Assembly (NCBI GenBank): GCA_035221665.1
Contig: CM069156.1
Coordinates: 30,070,001 to 30,134,000 of the forward strand
Reading direction: 5' to 3'
DNA from: Okamejei kenojei
Lineage: Eukaryota
Length of the DNA stretch: 64,000 bases
Shown here: positions 61,679-64,000 of the stretch, piece after piece
How the letters are laid out: the number at the start of each line of letters is the position of its first letter
Numbering within the stretch: position 1 is the first letter of the stretch
The notes under the pieces: model-generated
What the model was told of the DNA's origin: nothing
Database searches by the model: none
The model's input: only the letters and a program-made list of their open reading frames with translations
Position numbers and translations under genes: made by a program

Positions 61679-61837
61679 ATTTCAAAGCTCTGTGATTTCA
61701 TGCCCTGGAACGAGTCCATGCTCACACCCTGCCATGCTAGGAAAAAGAGGATGAACGTAATTCAGTCATGACACTGTGCTGAAAAACAAAGAAAGGTATT
61801 TATTCATACCTAAACAATATGCCCCACATTGGGTAAT

Positions 61838-62760
61838 TTATTTTACAGAACTCAAAATTTTTCCTGCAAACGTGTCAGGAGCGGCCACGGGTTTATTATA
61901 AAAGCGTTGAAAAGTTTGTTCATTGCTCCAACCTGCTGTGGCAAGGATGTGTTCCAAAGGAACTTCCATCATCCTAGCCGCCGATGTAGATGCAGCCCTG
62001 GTAGAGTGAGATTTGAAAAACATAGTACCCACCCCTGCTGCATCTAATACCACCCTTAACCATCTGGATATGGTTTGCACTGTGACCTTATGGTGAGGGC
62101 GTTTATGGGTTATGAGTAAAGCTCTCTCCGTGCCCCTAAGAATCTTGGTGACTTCTATATATTGTAAAATGATGTGTCACAATGCAGAGCCGTCTATCTG
62201 CAGGATAGGCCAGAACTCTTAATATTTTGCCAGAGGAACCGGGTCTGTCGTGATTTGAAGTAACCCCTGTATTTAGAAAGGTTATCTTGCCCCATTTGTG
62301 ACATACATGGCGGTCCATATTTACTTGTGTAAGCGACTGGACCCTCGTTTGTTGCTGTTACAAGTGCCCATATCATTCCCATCTGTGTATGTTAGTTTGT
62401 CCCAGTGTGAGCCCCCGATATGGGTGTCCATCCTCGTAACATAGTATAATACATAAGTATGCCGTTTTTGTTGTTGTTTTGTTGTTGTTTTTTTGTTTTT
62501 TTGTTGTTGTTTTGTTTTGTTTTTTTGTTTTTTTTTTTGTTTTTTGTTGTTTTGTTGTATGTTTTGTGTTTATGTCCCATGTTGGTTTGTGTATCTGGGC
62601 CTGGGGGGATTGGAGTTAAATATACCCCTCATTAGTTTAGATAGGGGTGTGATCCTATAGCCAGGTGATCACTCCCTCTGCCCATATAATTAGATAGGTC
62701 ACTCCTTGCACAATTAATGGAACTGTAAACTCAATCCTTCATCGATAATGATGGGTGGCC
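61838..62760 (-). pseudogene. DIRS tyrosine recombinase, frameshifted; catalytic C-terminus intact in ORF 61838..62080
   Basis: QTISRWL..L..AG...FKSHSTRAASTS..ILATAGWS.E.TF.RFYNKP: HxxR, GW and catalytic Tyr motifs. Confidence 0.9.
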
Positions 62761-62972
62761 AGAAACTCCAGCACTCCAGTGATGGTTAGCTGTGTCATAT
62801 GTAGTGTTCGTCCTGGTGCAGAAACTCTTCCATTTCCTGACATCATGTCAGGTACTGTTTCGTCGTGAACTCCTGCACGACGCTGAGATGCATGATCGTC
62901 CCTGTCGTGAGAGAGAGTCCGTATACCAGGAAATGGCCTGTTCAGTATCTGCAAATCAACAAGTTCATGCGG

Positions 62973-63374
62973 TCATGGCAATGGATGACATTTCCCACTG
63001 TCAACGGGGCGGTAGTACCAACAAACTCTCTCGGCCGTTTTTGTTGATCTGGATGCAGGGTATCGGAGGCCATCTTTTTGTACTGCTGCTTGGAACCATG
63101 TTTGGGTAGGCCAGTCGGAGCAACCTAAATACTCCGTCTGCGGAGTCTTGTTTTTATTTTTTGTAAGACCCGACTGCTGAGGCCAGAAGGGGGGAAATTG
63201 CTGTATAAGCAAAACAAAATCCCGCAATGCAGCGAGCAAAGCGTCCCATCGCGGCTGCCCTGGGTCTGGTTGCCCAAGCAACATATGTTGGTAGTTGGGT
63301 GAATTAAGTCTGGACGCAAAAAGGTCAGATATCTGCGGTTCTCCATACCGTTTCTTTATAATATCTGTAAACAC
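62973..63374 (-). pseudogene. DIRS1 adenine-methyltransferase-like domain, frameshifted
   Basis: DLFASRLN, FPPF and WPTQTWF motifs. Confidence 0.8.
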
Positions 63375-64000
63375 TTTTTCCGATCCAACATTCCATTCAA
63401 TGTTGTAGTTGAATTACGTGATCTGATGTCTTGTCAGGTATTTAGCTTACCTGCGAAGGTAAGTGGCTGAGATCATATCTCTCTTTCAGACACCAGTGCC
63501 AGATATTATTAGACCAATTCATCACATGATATCGACTTTTTCCTTCCATTATAAGATAGGCCACGCACTGAGGTATTTCAATTTGTAAACTGTACATGCA
63601 ATCTGGTGCAGACGAGCACGTAGGCCCTGAGTTCCATGAAATCGAGGATTTCTAAAAAAATTAATCCTATTGCTTTAAACAGGGTTTAAAATTATGTGCA
63701 CTCCATTGCACCCCACAAACTATGATGGTATAAGTTGCTCCCAACCTTTAGCACTGCATCAGATTGTACATGTAAACGAGGGTCTCATGATAGTGATGGG
63801 CTTTAGAACAAATGCTGAGTCATTTTAATCACCATTTTAATTCTAATTTGCTCTCCCTGTAGTTTCATAGGCCTAGCGAAATGGCCTGCATGAAATTTGA
63901 GAACTGAAATTTTTCTCTTTGCATGATTTTGTAATGGAGAGGTCAAGTTGTGCTGCTGCTGGGAACGCAGCCACTAATTTCATTAACTTCAGGCTTACTT

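Larger units (their letters stand above)
61339..64000 (-). mobile_element. DIRS1-type tyrosine-recombinase retrotransposon, 3' portion (continues beyond window)
   Basis: Order on minus strand: RT/RH linker (LVAAFPA..PLHYK), RNase H (SDA..GWGA; GKLN), methyltransferase-like (DLFASRLN..FPPF..WPTQTWF), YR (GSHP..MRGIFN..PPRPRY; HSTR..AGWS..F..FY), ICR, terminal repeat. Confidence 0.92.

Noticed and set aside
61838-62080. Phage integrase or bacterial contamination
   Set aside because: Embedded with RNase H, MT-like domain and ICR in DIRS order, and inserted in a host LINE.
1-64000. Minus-strand excess of one CR1 family suggesting an intron of a plus-strand gene
   Set aside because: Too few copies, and other LINE and SINE families are balanced between strands.

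Overview
Eukaryotic, repeat-dominated genomic DNA. The repeat families (HE1-type V-SINE, SacSINE1-type DeuSINE, CR1/HER1-type LINEs) point to a cartilaginous fish, probably a skate or ray; this is inference from recalled consensus sequences. No host protein-coding exon, rRNA, genuine tRNA or CRISPR array could be supported, and every recognisable ORF is a transposon remnant. Main contents: (1) many short Penelope-like (PLE) pLTR insertions carrying a minimal hammerhead ribozyme core (CTGAAGA-A-GGGTCTCGACCC-GAAACGTC), several as head-to-head palindromes with 10-15 bp TSDs and a one-sided 32-35 nt tail; (2) the 3' portion of a DIRS1 tyrosine-recombinase retrotransposon with intact terminal repeat/ICR architecture at the right edge; (3) CR1, Rex/Babar and Tx1 LINE fragments in multi-layer nests; (4) Harbinger-like MITEs; (5) a 28-bp minisatellite with higher-order structure; (6) AT-rich unique blocks that may be conserved non-coding elements; (7) a 149-N gap and some indel-rich, possibly low-quality sequence. 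Coordinates of degenerate repeats are approximate. TSD, palindrome and ribozyme coordinates were counted directly from the sequence.
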